From a virus (lineage: Duplodnaviria > Caudoviricetes), in the IMG/VR virus record IMGVR_UViG_3300041964_000148: a stretch of DNA of 64,000 nucleotides. One strand, 5' to 3'. A program made the translations under genes and the position numbers. Under the pieces are notes generated by a model, which was not told where the DNA came from, ran no database searches, and saw only the letters and a program-made list of their open reading frames with translations. This document shows positions 8,673-20,400 of the stretch, piece after piece. Within the stretch, counting starts at the first letter, position 1, and every line of letters begins with the position of its first letter.

Positions 8673-9833
8673 TTATGCAACACACAATCCATTACTTCTC
8701 CTTAATAACTTCACTTTACTTGGTGCAAATTGACCAATTCGTTTCCACGAATAGTCGTAAATTGAGACATTTTTGGACTTATCTGTATTCGTAAATCCTC
8801 CAATATATCCAACAAATACCTCCTTAGATTTAGTAGCTTTAACCAAATCACCCACCCTGAAACCAAAGGGTGTAACTGTCCCGCCTTTACGCTTTCTAGT
8901 TCCTGACTTGTCAGGAACCTCGAAGTGCAATTGACGACGGAAGAATCCATATTCTTTCCCACGCTTTACAGCGCCAAAGCGGATAATGATTTTGAACGGC
9001 GAACCAGTAACATCCACCTTGCCTTTCCAGAGATATCCCTGAGTGTTTGAAGTAATGTGGCGACTATATTGAGTAAAGTAACCGCAGGCTAGTGCAACAC
9101 CATCCACTGCATGAGTTTCTGGTTTGGCTTCGCTCTTGTTTTTCTTGTCCTTAACTAGTCCTAATTGCTTCCTGATTTGGGATGTTCCATTACCGTCTTC
9201 CTGCCATCCTTCGCGGATGAATACAGGGGCAACAGTTTCCATTTGGGAAATTGCCCAAAGTTGACCCGACATTACAGGAGAGAAACCTTTTCCCGATTTA
9301 GCGTTTTTCCTCCCACTAGTCCTATCCACATCAGCTTTGACTCGTTCGTAGCCAATAGCTGTTAGAGGGAATATCTTAGACAGTTCTTTGACTACTCTTA
9401 GTTCTAACTGTCTGGAAGCTTTGATTGATGGAGGAACTTTTGATTGTTTGCGGTTGTTAAACCTAGCTTGTCGGTGGTTTCTGAGTGTAAAAACAACCTT
9501 GCGATTAATCCTCCTAGAACGTCTTGAACGCCGAAGCATTCTGCGTTGTTCTATTCGAGATCTTACCCGTCCGAATGGCAGGATAAGGTGAAATCTGGCT
9601 AGAGTAAATTTGGCAGATTGTACGCCTATTCCGGCATAGCTTTTGCCAGGATCTACGCCAACTACAACGCTTTGAGTTTCCTCACCTGATGGGTTCGTAA
9701 GTTGAACATAATAAATGCCAACATCTGACCACTTACCTGTGGCTTTACCTTGTTTTACCCACTTCCTTGCTCTTGAGCTTTTGGTGGGCATTAAGGGCTT
9801 GTTGTCGCAACTTACTACTGGAACACGATTCAT
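8673..9833 (-). CDS. isrB: IsrB OMEGA nickase (RRXRR/PLMP, split RuvC, no HNH)
   Basis: KPLMPT, RuvC-I GVDPG, Arg-rich bridge helix RRSRRSRR, RuvC-II YE, RuvC-III HAVDG; no CxxC/HNH insertion; 386 aa. Confidence 0.85.
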   Translation of the reverse strand: MNRVPVVSCDNKPLMPTKSSRARKWVKQGKATGKWSDVGIYYVQLTNPSGEETQSVVVGVDPGKSYAGIGVQSAKFTLARFHLILPFGRVRSRIEQRRMLRRSRRSRRINRKVVFTLRNHRQARFNNRKQSKVPPSIKASRQLELRVVKELSKIFPLTAIGYERVKADVDRTSGRKNAKSGKGFSPVMSGQLWAISQMETVAPVFIREGWQEDGNGTSQIRKQLGLVKDKKNKSEAKPETHAVDGVALACGYFTQYSRHITSNTQGYLWKGKVDVTGSPFKIIIRFGAVKRGKEYGFFRRQLHFEVPDKSGTRKRKGGTVTPFGFRVGDLVKATKSKEVFVGYIGGFTNTDKSKNVSIYDYSWKRIGQFAPSKVKLLRRSNGLCVA

Positions 9834-10060
9834 TTGGAGATAATCCTCTCGTGTAAAAGTTTAAGTCCCTTCCGGCATTGGTGCGATTGTTGCTGAACCC
9901 ATGTCCACTCTCTGAGATTCCAGAGCCTTACAAGCTGTCCGAATTAGGGAAGCGTTCGGAAGTGTTTATCTCGCACCAACTCATTGCCGTATTCACGACT
10001 TGCGTTGTAGGGTTTCCTCCTACAATCCCCGACTTGCCTCGCGTAAGTCGGGGTGCGTGA
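9834..10060 (-). ncRNA. omegaRNA (HEARO-like) scaffold of IsrB
   Basis: Directly upstream of isrB. 5' hairpin CCCCGACTT..AAGTCGGGG, GTAGG-AGGAAAC-CCTAC, CTTCCCTAAT and GAAGGGACT segments typical of HEARO/omegaRNAs. Confidence 0.8.
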
Positions 10061-10288
10061 AGGGCTGGTACTCATGTAGGGTATTGTATCATAAGCAGTC
10101 GCTGGGGTAATTAAATGATTGGAACTGTGGGCAAGATGCGCCTATTTTTATTGGTTGCCTCTGTCCCTACAGCAATTCGCCTTACATCCCGACGCTTGGC
10201 GGCGATTTTGCCAAAGTACTTAGTTGAAACAAGGGGCGAAGACTAATGATAGATCTTCGCCCCTTGTGTTCATCACGGTTCTCCGTGA

Positions 10289-10498
10289 TCAAACATTAAT
10301 GACTTCGGCAAAAACTTGCGATCGCAGCCTCAATGGCAAACTTTCAACAAACGCCTCCAGAGAATCTGTCTTATCAGTTTTCCTCAGGCTAGCGATTAAT
10401 TGCTCGATTCGTTGTCCTCCTTCAATTTTGAGCTGCCCCTCCTGGACATATACAGCCCCAATCTGTTCGTCGAGCTTATGAATTATCGCTTTTCGCAT
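10289..10498 (-). CDS. Small protein coupled to the kinase gene; candidate immunity/partner protein
   Basis: 69 aa; ATG overlaps the kinase stop (TAATG). Confidence 0.65.
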   Translation of the reverse strand: MRKAIIHKLDEQIGAVYVQEGQLKIEGGQRIEQLIASLRKTDKTDSLEAFVESLPLRLRSQVFAEVINV

Positions 10499-11385
10499 TA
10501 CATCAATGTATTTATGGCTTTTCCAATATCAGGCGAAGATGCGATCGCTTTCAAGGTGTCAAGCCGTGATTCAACGACTTGGCTATACATCTTCACAAGA
10601 TCTGGGTCTTTTACAATTTTGGGAATAGCAGCGAGGATATCCTTCTCTGAAGCCACTACAGCTTGAATATCTTCTTTCTTTATCTTGGCACTGATTCCCC
10701 GAAAGGCGTCGGCAAGTTCGCCATCAAAGTCACTCATGTTGGAGAACGTAGCCTCGTGATCGGCAAGCTTTAGTCCCTGCTTGGTGATGTGGAAATTGCC
10801 CTCGTTGCGATCGCCATTGGCAATTACGTAGTCAAATAGCCCTAGCTTCGTTATCTCTTTCTCGTTAATTAGCTCTGTGAGGGGCGTGTCTACCTCAAAT
10901 AGATTTTCCCCTTCAACGAACGGACTTGCTGAATAGTCGCGCCTCTTGATTTCTACATACTTTGAGGGGATAACGTATTTTTCTATCCCCATCACTTTCG
11001 AGATTTCCGTAGCTAATTCCTCTTTAGCTGCCGCATCTTTAAACAAAGAGCTATCTCGCCGCTTTAAGAAGTATTTTTGATTGTCTATTTCTGTTGTAAA
11101 GTACCTACTTGACCCTGCTGCTGTTGTAATGGGGGTCAGTACTGCTTCTTCAAATTGATTAACGGTTGGAAATCCACCTGTTTTTAGGGTGCGAACTCTA
11201 GCACTTGGCGGACTTCCTGTTATACGTGCTACCCGCTTACTACTCTCGGAGGCAAATTGACCAGACTGATCCCGTAGTACAGACTTCTGCGCGGTTTTAT
11301 ACCAAAGCGCAGGGTAGCGAACTAATGCAGCCTGTAGTAGAGCAAGTTGACACTGAGCCTGCATTAGGTCATAGGGATTAATCAT
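10498..11385 (-). CDS. Leader-family protein with HipA/PI3-PI4-kinase-like domain
   Basis: YFLK, KEELA, LFDYVIANGDRNEGNF and LADHE kinase motifs; leader ending in RDQSGQFAS. Confidence 0.8.
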   Translation of the reverse strand: MINPYDLMQAQCQLALLQAALVRYPALWYKTAQKSVLRDQSGQFASESSKRVARITGSPPSARVRTLKTGGFPTVNQFEEAVLTPITTAAGSSRYFTTEIDNQKYFLKRRDSSLFKDAAAKEELATEISKVMGIEKYVIPSKYVEIKRRDYSASPFVEGENLFEVDTPLTELINEKEITKLGLFDYVIANGDRNEGNFHITKQGLKLADHEATFSNMSDFDGELADAFRGISAKIKKEDIQAVVASEKDILAAIPKIVKDPDLVKMYSQVVESRLDTLKAIASSPDIGKAINTLM

Positions 11386-11416
11386 GGCATTGCAGATGAG
11401 CTGTATGATTGAACGA

Positions 11417-11944
11417 TCAACTAAGTTCTCGCAAGATTTCTCTCCACATCATTTTATCCTGGGGTTCAAACAAGGTTTCTCCAAAGTCATCGAGCAGGGT
11501 ATTCAAGGGTTGATCGTCTCCGGTGGCATTTGCGATGGCTTTTTGACTAAATGCGATCGCCGCCATTATCGGAATTGGGCTTTCTTTCAACTGTGTACTT
11601 TGAGCCAAAGCGCGAACTTGGAGGTCGTAGTCGCCTGACTTTAGCGCCTCGTACAGTTTATCAGTGGTTTCTTGAAACACCGCTCTCCCCTCACTAAGTC
11701 GATTCTTGACTTGCTCCTTTGCGGAGGATTGCCCAGGCGATCGCAAGATTCGAGCTGCCTGCTCCTGGGCGTCACTATCTAACCCTCGGTTCTTATTAAT
11801 AATGTCGCGGCGGGCGGTTGCTCCTTTAAGTTTCTCTGCGGTTGTAGAAGTAAATTGCCCCAATTTGTCCCGCTGATATACCCGCTCTAGTTGAAGAAGT
11901 GTAGTGAGTAACTGGGATTTGAGGTGTGCGATTACTATTTGCAT
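11417..11944 (-). CDS. Leader-family protein with a short leader, helical
   Basis: Probable start MQIVIAH at 11944 (avoids overlap with the divergent gene); RDKLGQFTS motif. Confidence 0.6.
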   Translation of the reverse strand: MQIVIAHLKSQLLTTLLQLERVYQRDKLGQFTSTTAEKLKGATARRDIINKNRGLDSDAQEQAARILRSPGQSSAKEQVKNRLSEGRAVFQETTDKLYEALKSGDYDLQVRALAQSTQLKESPIPIMAAIAFSQKAIANATGDDQPLNTLLDDFGETLFEPQDKMMWREILRELS

Positions 11945-11990
11945 ATCTGTTACAATGTCCAACAGTGTATCCAACAATTTAGTCTTAGAA

Positions 11991-12311
11991 ATGAACGCAA
12001 GTAATAAAGTCAATGTTTCCCTCATTAAGGAGGGATACAATGACTTCTGGTTTGTCAATAACTGCTCCTTTTGCTCGAAAAGTGTTCATCTAAACGGTTC
12101 TTGCGAAATCCAAGCAGGATTAGAATCGGGCTATATTTCCCAGGATATTGCTAATCGATTGGGATTGGATGAATCAAGCGATCGCATACCTTCATGTCCT
12201 GAAAAAAGAGTCGTGTTTCAAGGAGAGCATGAACGAGAGCCTGGATTGACGGCAGAGAAAATAATGCAGAGGGCAGAGGAATATAAACGTCGTGAAGGTG
12301 AAATCATATGA
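11991..12311 (+). CDS. Hypothetical Cys-containing protein
   Basis: TGTTACAAT at 11948-11956; CxxC; first gene of an ATGA-coupled operon. Confidence 0.6.
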   Translation: MNASNKVNVSLIKEGYNDFWFVNNCSFCSKSVHLNGSCEIQAGLESGYISQDIANRLGLDESSDRIPSCPEKRVVFQGEHEREPGLTAEKIMQRAEEYKRREGEII

Positions 12312-12664
12312 AATTTTTTGTCTCGATTAAGCCAGAGCTACTGGACGGGAATTTTTCTGTGTTTCGCTCTATCTTCCCTGACAATAAAATCCCCGTTACA
12401 GCGCCTGTCCCAACTTTCGATATCCCGCCCATAGTCGCCATCGCAAATAGACTTTGCCCAGAAGATCATTTGGGATTTAAGCTAGACGCCTCTCGCCTGA
12501 CCCTAGAGCAATATTTGGCTATGTACAAAATATTTTTCAAAGACAGGGGTGAAGTAGAACTAGGCTCAGAGTTCGTTGATCAGTGCAACCCTTTGCGAAT
12601 TATACGTGTTAATTATCGACACGTAATTGCTGTTTTTACTGAAGAGGAGAGCGATCGCATATGA
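12308..12664 (+). CDS. Hypothetical protein
   Basis: ATGA overlaps on both sides. Confidence 0.65.
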   Translation: MKFFVSIKPELLDGNFSVFRSIFPDNKIPVTAPVPTFDIPPIVAIANRLCPEDHLGFKLDASRLTLEQYLAMYKIFFKDRGEVELGSEFVDQCNPLRIIRVNYRHVIAVFTEEESDRI

Positions 12665-13056
12665 CAGATATACCAGACCAACAACCCTTTATTGCCTCAT
12701 TAAAAGTTGATAATGAAATCGCTTTTGGGAGGTATTATTATCGCGGAACCAAAGCAGAGCCATCTTTTAAGTTTTCCAAAGTGTCCAAGGTTACGCCATC
12801 AGGTCAAATCAAGACAACCTGCGGCAACGTATTTAACCGCGATGGAACCATGAGAGGTTCTTCATCCAACGGCGAAATACTGGTAAATCCTGAACTCGCT
12901 AGGGATTTAATACTTAAGCACAAAGAAGAGCAGAAAGCCCAGACAGAATTAGTGAGAAAAGATCTTCACGAATGGGTCGATAAAGTTGATCGCCTCTCTC
13001 TTTTGGAGTATTACATTCGTTCTATCCAATCGGATCTGCGGAAAGATCGAGACTAA
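12661..13056 (+). CDS. Hypothetical phage protein
   Basis: 131 aa; KVTPSGQI..FNRDG beta-rich motif; GAGGAG ribosome-binding site. Confidence 0.7.
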   Translation: MTDIPDQQPFIASLKVDNEIAFGRYYYRGTKAEPSFKFSKVSKVTPSGQIKTTCGNVFNRDGTMRGSSSNGEILVNPELARDLILKHKEEQKAQTELVRKDLHEWVDKVDRLSLLEYYIRSIQSDLRKDRD

Positions 13057-13087
13057 TTAAAACAACCGATACACAAGAGGAAGCAAC

Positions 13088-13276
13088 GTGGAGAAAACTC
13101 TTAAAGTCAGATTTTGGATTGAATTTGGATCTGAATATGTTGAACAAATCCTTGATATTAAGGTGCCAGAAAACTACACCGAAGAAGACGTTAAGGCAGC
13201 ATACAAAGAGTGGTTTTGGGAGATTTTATCGGGGGCATGGGACGTAGTTAAAGAAGAAAGCCAAAAGCTAGGTTAA
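13088..13276 (+). CDS. Small acidic phage protein
   Basis: 62 aa; GAGG ribosome-binding site; AYKEW..W motif. Confidence 0.65.
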   Translation: MEKTLKVRFWIEFGSEYVEQILDIKVPENYTEEDVKAAYKEWFWEILSGAWDVVKEESQKLG

Positions 13277-13332
13277 GTCTGATCTGCCCACATTAGGCGA
13301 TCGCACACGTAATTTACAACAAAAGCAAAACC

Positions 13333-14361
13333 ATGAGCATGAAAAGCGCCCATTCCTGTGAGGAGATTAGGGCAGCACTAGAGGCGGAAGGATATAAGGT
13401 GACTCAGTATCCCTTTAGGGACTTTGCTTCTATCCCCGCTATTTGTTCTAATTCTCATTCTTGTTTAGTGAACTGGTATAGTTTCAAAAAAGGTTGTAGA
13501 TGTCAAGAATGCCGCAGAGAAAGGGTGCGACGACAGGAAGGAGTGCTACCAGGTAAGAAGATGATTCCGTTTGAGGTAGTAAAAGAAGAAATTGAGAGGA
13601 CAGATTACAGGCTAATTACTACGCTGTCCCAGTATAGAGGTGTAGGCAATTACATTGAAATAAAATGTCCGCAAAATCACTTCTATAAGACCAAGTTTGG
13701 AGAATTCCGAAAAGGCAAGCGTTGCAGAAAATGCCGAGTTCTAAATACTCGCGGAGAGAATCACCCTATGTGGAACAAGGATCTTTCTGATGAAGAACGC
13801 TTTCTTCGACGAGATAGTAGGCAGCATGAAGAGTGGCGAAACAAGGTCTTAGAACGAGATAGATGGGTTTGTATTTGCTGTCAAGGACGTACCTCAAAAG
13901 ATAATCCTCTTTGCGCTCATCACCTAGAAAACTACAAAGGCTTCCCGGAGTTGAGGTTTGAGGTTGAAAACGGAGTCACCTTATGCAAAGAATGCCATAA
14001 ACGCTTTCATGGAGTTTATGGTTTAAGAGGAACGAGGTTAACGCAGTTCATAGAATTCAGCCAAACAGAGGGTTTCGACTTTGACCCAGAAAATGCCCTA
14101 ACTTTCAAGGAATACGTTCCTACTTCCCAGCCAGCTCAAACGAAAAGAAGCAAGGTTCTTGAGATTGTCAAAAACAGTGATCGCCCACTTACGGTGAGGC
14201 AGGTAAATGCTGCACTGGGTTTAGATGACAAGGAGATGCTGTACACCAGGCAGATACTTACCGAAGCTTGCCAGTCTGGTTTATTAAATAGATGCCGCCT
14301 CCCTCTAGAAACGTGCAAAGATCGAAAATTTCACTTTTTTCTGAGGGATGTCACCTTATAA
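13333..14361 (+). CDS. HNH endonuclease with N-terminal Zn-ribbon repeats and C-terminal HTH
   Basis: WRNKVLERD..CICC..AHHL..NGVTLCKECHKRFH; C-x3-H..CxxC repeats. Confidence 0.9.
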   Translation: MSMKSAHSCEEIRAALEAEGYKVTQYPFRDFASIPAICSNSHSCLVNWYSFKKGCRCQECRRERVRRQEGVLPGKKMIPFEVVKEEIERTDYRLITTLSQYRGVGNYIEIKCPQNHFYKTKFGEFRKGKRCRKCRVLNTRGENHPMWNKDLSDEERFLRRDSRQHEEWRNKVLERDRWVCICCQGRTSKDNPLCAHHLENYKGFPELRFEVENGVTLCKECHKRFHGVYGLRGTRLTQFIEFSQTEGFDFDPENALTFKEYVPTSQPAQTKRSKVLEIVKNSDRPLTVRQVNAALGLDDKEMLYTRQILTEACQSGLLNRCRLPLETCKDRKFHFFLRDVTL

Positions 14362-14430
14362 TCAACTAAGGAAAAAATTTACTAAAGGTCCAAAGCCGCT
14401 CACATATTCTGTGAGCGGCTTTTTTGCGTT

Positions 14431-17400
14431 ATGGATGAACATTATGGACTCTATGCACAATTTTCTCTTCAGATCGACCCCCAAACCAAGACAAATATGG
14501 GGTGGGTCAAGTCGCAACTCGGCGGGATCGAGACTGCCGTAGAGTCGTTATCCAGTAGTCTAGAACGCAATAACATCGCATCCCAGTTTAAAGCGGATGC
14601 CACCCAGACGCAAAGCGCCGCCCGACGCATGACAGGCGCTGTTGATCAGATGGGTGACAAAATGAAGGCGGCAGCGAAACGGATTGACCCCTTGAAGAAG
14701 GAGTTCCGAGCATTACGAGCCGAGGTCAAATTAATAGATTTTGGGGACATTACCAATGATCGCCAATTTAAGAAGGCGAATAATGAAGCCCGGAAATATA
14801 TCACGACCCTCCAGCATTTAGAAACTCAGATTCGGGGGGATACGACGGCTGAACGCGAATTTACCGCCCAACTCAAGCAACAGCAACGGGTGATGGCGAC
14901 ACGCATGGAAATGCAGGAGCATCAACGAGTTGCCGCAAAAGCTGCTGCGCGTGTGGGAGAGTTTCAAGTTGTCCAACAGGCAGGGCAACTTCTGGTAAAC
15001 GACAAACTAGTCGGACAGGCAAAGGATGCGATCAATGTCTTTGCCACCTTTGACGACAAGATGGCTGGGGTCGCCGCTATTACGACAGCGACGGGAGATA
15101 GCCTAGATGCCCTGCGGGAAAAGGCTAAATACTTAGGTGCGACAACCCGTTTCACGGCATCAGAAGCCGCCGATGCGATGTCTTTCTTGGGGATGGCAGG
15201 CTTTAAAACAGAAGCTATCCTTTCTGGGACTCAATCCACCCTCGACTTAGCTTCCGCAGGACAACTAGGATTAGCGGAATCAGCCGATATCGCCTCTAAT
15301 GTCCTAAGTGGTATGCAACTCAAGGTTGAAGACTTGGGTCACGTCACAGACGTAATGGCAAGGACAGCAACTAGCGCCAATACCAACATTCAACAAATGG
15401 GCGTGGCGATGTCTTATGCCGCTCCCAACGCGGCTCTATTTGGGGCGACGCTCGAAGAGACATCGGCTTTGATCGGTGTGATGAGTAACGCTGGTGTACA
15501 AGCAGATAAGGCAGGTACAGCTACCCGTGGTGCCTTCTTGAAGTTAGCTTCTCCCGTAAAGGAAGGGAAAATTGCTCTAGCAGAAATGGGCATGACCCTG
15601 GTTGATTCCTCTGGGAACATGAGGAACGTTATTGAGATATTCAACGAACTCAACGACAAACTCAAAATTAGCCCTGACACCTTAAAGTCTATCCAAGACG
15701 CGGGCGAAGATATTGACTCATTGGGAGAAGTGTCTCAGTCCAAACAAATCCAAGCCTTAAAAGGCATCTTTGGAACAACTGGGATATCCGGTGCATCGGC
15801 GGCACTAGGTCAAATCAAAGAATTAAATCGACTGGCGATCGCAACTCGTGCCAGTTCCACCAACACTGAGCAACTTACTCAATACTTTACAGAACTTCGT
15901 GATATAAAAATGAAGCCGGGGCAGGATATTTTTGCTGCAATTATCGAGCAAACCCCCAACTATACAGAGGCTGTTCGCCAGATTGACGAGGCAAACCTCG
16001 CACTGATGCAGGTAAACCTCAAAACACTTAATAGCTTGGATAGTAGTCGTCTAACAGACTACTTCCAACAAGTTAAAGGGATTAGTACTGCGCCTGGGCA
16101 AAGTCTACTTGCTGCGGTTGTAGAAAATGCTCCTGATACTCAAAGCGCCCTCAACCAAGTCTCAATTGCAATGGAGCAATTGGGGATTCAGGTTAAAGGG
16201 CAAGTTGGATCAGCCCGGTTGATGGCTCAGGTAATGGAAAATAGTCTTCCAGGAAGCTTCCGCGCACTTGAGTCAGCACTAGAGGCAGTAAAGGTTAACT
16301 TTATTGAACCCTTGGTTCCATTAATCAGAGGGATAACAGACACAGCCACTAGGTTTGCTCTATTCCTCGCCAACCTTCCTGCCCCCATCCGTACAACCAT
16401 CAGTGTTGGGGCGGCGCTAACAGTGGGCATGGGAGCGTTGGCGATCGCAATTGGGGCAGCGGGCGTCACACTTTTTGGTTTTCAACAAGCTATGGCAGTA
16501 ACGAACCTGGCGTCTTCCTCACTCGCGGCAGGTTTGATACCCCTTACTGGTTTCTTTGATACAGCACAAAAAGCTATTATTGCAACAAATCCATTAGAAA
16601 CTTTCTTCAAGCGTAACACTCAACTTGCCTGGAGATTTTGAGAAAGCGGCAGCCGGCACATTTGACGAAACCATAGCAGGGATGAAGCTATTAGGACGGC
16701 AGGCAATCCAAACCGGAAAGCCTTCCTCGTCATGTCGAGATCCCTAATGCTCTCCCCGATTGGTTGGGTATTGGTGGATTCTTGCTCCTGAATACAGTGC
16801 TAGAGCAGGTTGTCCCAGGTTTCAACTTGCTGGGAACTGTCCTCGGTGCGATCGCTGCTCCTTTCGGTTTTATATACGGCTTACTTAAGGGCATCATCCA
16901 CTCTTTCCTTGATCTTCTAGGCTTAACTGGATCTGGGGCGATGGGTACGATAGCCCCTGTATTTGGCACCATTACTAATGCAATTGAACTTGCAGCTAAG
17001 TCATTTTCCCTGTTTGCCGAATCAGGGGAGCGGATTGGAGAGCGACTGGGAAAGGCAATTACACTCCCATTTGAATTAGCTGGGCAAGCTATTGGCTCCT
17101 CTTGGGATCGAACAATTAGCTTTATCCGAGGAATTCTACGTCCCTTTGCTGACTTTGTTCAGGGCATTGGGCAAATGTTAGTTGGGTTCCTCGCCGAAGC
17201 CTCACCAGGTCCCACTTTCTGGATACGAAAGAAGTGGGCGATGACAGTACACTTCTTGCAAGGACTATTTGAGCGCCTCAAGGTAGGTGCGATCGCCGTG
17301 GGACAGCAGTTATTAAATGCTTTTACTACTGTTCTCCCTCAACTCTCCAGTGCAATTTCCATTGCGACGGTATTTGCAGAACTATCAGGGATTATTAACC

Positions 17401-20400
17401 CTGTACAAGGGTTAGCGATCGCAATTGGGAACACAATTTTTGGTGGCATTGTGGAGTCGATGGGTAAGTCACTAGATGAAGTGATCCCCATCTTTATTCG
17501 CCGCTTCTCCCTTGTTGCCGCGTTTGGTGGGTTCCTTGCTCAACGATTGAACTTCCTCCAGCCCCTGCAAGCTCAAATTATTGCCGGACTTGCGATTATT
17601 ACAGGGCTTTCGACGTTTTACCTAAAAACGTTCAGTTTCGACATTGCAAGTATCTGGCATACTACTGTTCAAATTATCCAAGGGGACTTACAGGCATTGG
17701 CTGGGGTCGCTAAAAATGTTGGGCTTCTTTTAATTAGTTTTCTCGCCGAAGCCTCACCGGGACCTACCTATTGGATTCGCCGGAAGTGGGCGATGACGAT
17801 AGAATTCCTCTCAAGCTTGTTTAAAAAAATTCGCTCCGCCGCAGTTCTTGTCAACCAAGCTTTCTTAGGGATTGGCGATGTCTCATCAGATCAAGGAATT
17901 GTTGCCCGCCAACAAATCCTTGAAGGTGTCGTTCTTAGCCTAGTCTCAGGCGTCAAGCTATTAGGCTCAGTTGCCACTGGAGTAGATTGGGCAATTACTC
18001 AGATTAACCAGTCGGTGGCTTCAGCCATTGACAATCTTGATCTCTTGGGATTTACCCTCCTCACCCTTTCTTCCCTGCCAATGACCCTTATTGGGCAACT
18101 AGCTCAAGGATTTGAGGCGGTACTTCCCGAACTTGCCCTTTTTGTAGGAGTCGGACTCCCGCGAGCGATCGCCTACGCATTGCCAGGAGCAGTCGCGATT
18201 GCAATGAGTACAGGACTCATTCAAGGGCTAGAGAAGGGCTTTGCCACTTTTGTTGCTGGGATGACGGAACGCTCCAAAGTTGCGTCACAACAATTGTCTC
18301 AGATGTTCGATGCCAACTTGAAGCAGGCAATCAACCGAGGACTATCAGAAGGCGTGACAACGTTTGTCCGAAATCTTCCTAGTGTCTTTCCCGGCATGGA
18401 AGATTACCAGTTTACGTTTGATTTTGATCAAGCGTATGCCGATTATGAAAGTCAACGAGAAGCGCGAGTTCAGGCAATTACCTCTTATTTACAGGAAGTA
18501 GGAGTTGTAGCCAACCAGGTAGGGCAACAGCTTCAAGCAGCACTAGCTCCCTTGCTCTCATTTCGGATTGGGGACATATTCCCCGCTCTTAGCTTCCTTC
18601 CTCCCTTAATCCCCCTAGTTACCGCCATTGTCCCTGCTTTTCAATCTCTATCGCAGGTTGTCCAGTCCCCGGCTGTACAGGGAATTGTTAATTTCTTAAC
18701 CGGAACTGTCCTCCCAACGGCATTACAAACATTGCGTGCGATCGCTTCGACGGTTGGTTTGGTTTTTAATGCTTTTATTTCACTCCCCCTAACTGCTGCA
18801 CTGATCGTAATTACTCGTCCCATTGTTTCTGCCTACCGAGAACTCCTGGCATTTCTCCCGCAGATTCCTGGGATACTCGGACGAGCGATTGTTCAACTTG
18901 CCCGAACAGCCGCTACAGCCGTGGCTAATTTACTTGCGCGAATTCCCTATATTGGGGAGACCGTCTCTCGTGCATTCTTGGGAACCGTAGAATTCTTGAT
19001 TGCAGTCACTCCGGTATATTTCCGACTACTGAGAGGACTATTTGAACGCTATTTCTTGAAGACAATTCGCCCATTACTTACTAGGTTCCAGCAACTATTT
19101 GGTCAAGTTGCCCAAGGGATTGTTTACGCCTTAGAAAGGGGATTTAAACCATTAGGTACACTGCTATTCCGAGCGCTTAATCCAATGAGCGCTTTCAAGC
19201 TAATTGGGACATACATCCGTACCAAGGGCTTCGCCGGACTGTTTAAACCTGGGTTGTTCATGCTCAACCCATTTGACTTATTCTTTGGGGGAATTCCAGG
19301 GATCTCTTGGGCAGTTAGAACAGCCGCGACAGCGTTCTATCGCATACCCTTCCCCGCCGGAATAATCGATAAGAAATCGCGAGAATTATTTCAAATCTTT
19401 GCAGGCTCAGAAGCCTTCCTGGAAGCAGAGCTTAAATCCCGACGACTAGGGCGAACCATGCTCGTCTCGATAGAAGATATCTTGAAAACTCAGCCAGCGA
19501 TTGGTCGCTTCCTAATACAAATCCTCCGAGGGGTGTTAATGATCAACCCTCTCGTCCAAATCATTGGTCGTATTGCCCTAACTACAATGTTTTGGTACTC
19601 GGCATTGAAGCCGATTACACCGGAGATGTTTGAGGCGATCGCTGCGACAAAGATGCTGGGGCTTTCCCTTTCTCCAGTCGCAAGTATCCTCAAGGGAATG
19701 CGCTTCGTGTTTGTTGACATGAACGAAGCCTTTATGAGGTTTGCTCGTGGCATTATCCCTTTCATGCGCGGAGTACAGAACTTCTTTAATGTCTTAGGAA
19801 CAATTACAGGCGTAGTTGTCCACGAGACTGCCGGAATTACAAGTATCCTCTTAAACTTATTTAAAGCCACATTCGGAAACCTAGGCTTACTTGTCGCTAT
19901 TGGTTTTGCTGGCGCGATTGATGCAACGTTAATTGGATTCCGAGCGATCGCCCAACTAGCACGTCTTAAAACTGAGCAGTATGGGGATGCTTTAGTTGCC
20001 CTATTTCAGGGAAATATTGGTCCACTACTTGGACAGATTGCTAGCGACGTAATGGGTGTCGTTGGGTTTATATTCGAGCAAACTATTGTGCGGGTTACGA
20101 AGGTAGCACTTAGCCTTGCCTCTACTGTGGGCGGTGCGATTCGAGCGACATTCCAAGAAATTGTCCGATTTATCCGTGACCCGTGGAATGAAAGTATCCG
20201 CCTCCTTAACTTGCTTGATGCTGCGGTAGATCGCGTACTAGGGAATATTGCAAGGACGATTAACGTCTACATCCAGCAACTTCAGCTCGACAGGCTTGCC
20301 CGTTTCCTCTCTCATTACTGGGTACAGATTGCGGCGATCGCAGACGTTCTCCTCGCCGTATATGGGGTGCTTAATCCCATGCAGGCGGCAATCTCTGGAC

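Larger units (their letters stand above)
8600..10060 (-). mobile_element. Non-autonomous IS200/IS605-superfamily element (omegaRNA plus isrB, no tnpA)
   Basis: Gene content; the downstream boundary is approximate. Confidence 0.6.

Noticed and set aside
8673-9833. Cas9 or IscB
   Set aside because: No HNH domain, too short and no CRISPR array; fits IsrB
16600-16770. Programmed ribosomal frameshift of the tail chaperone G/GT type
   Set aside because: Three shifts are needed, there is no clear slippery heptamer, and the site is inside the tape measure gene
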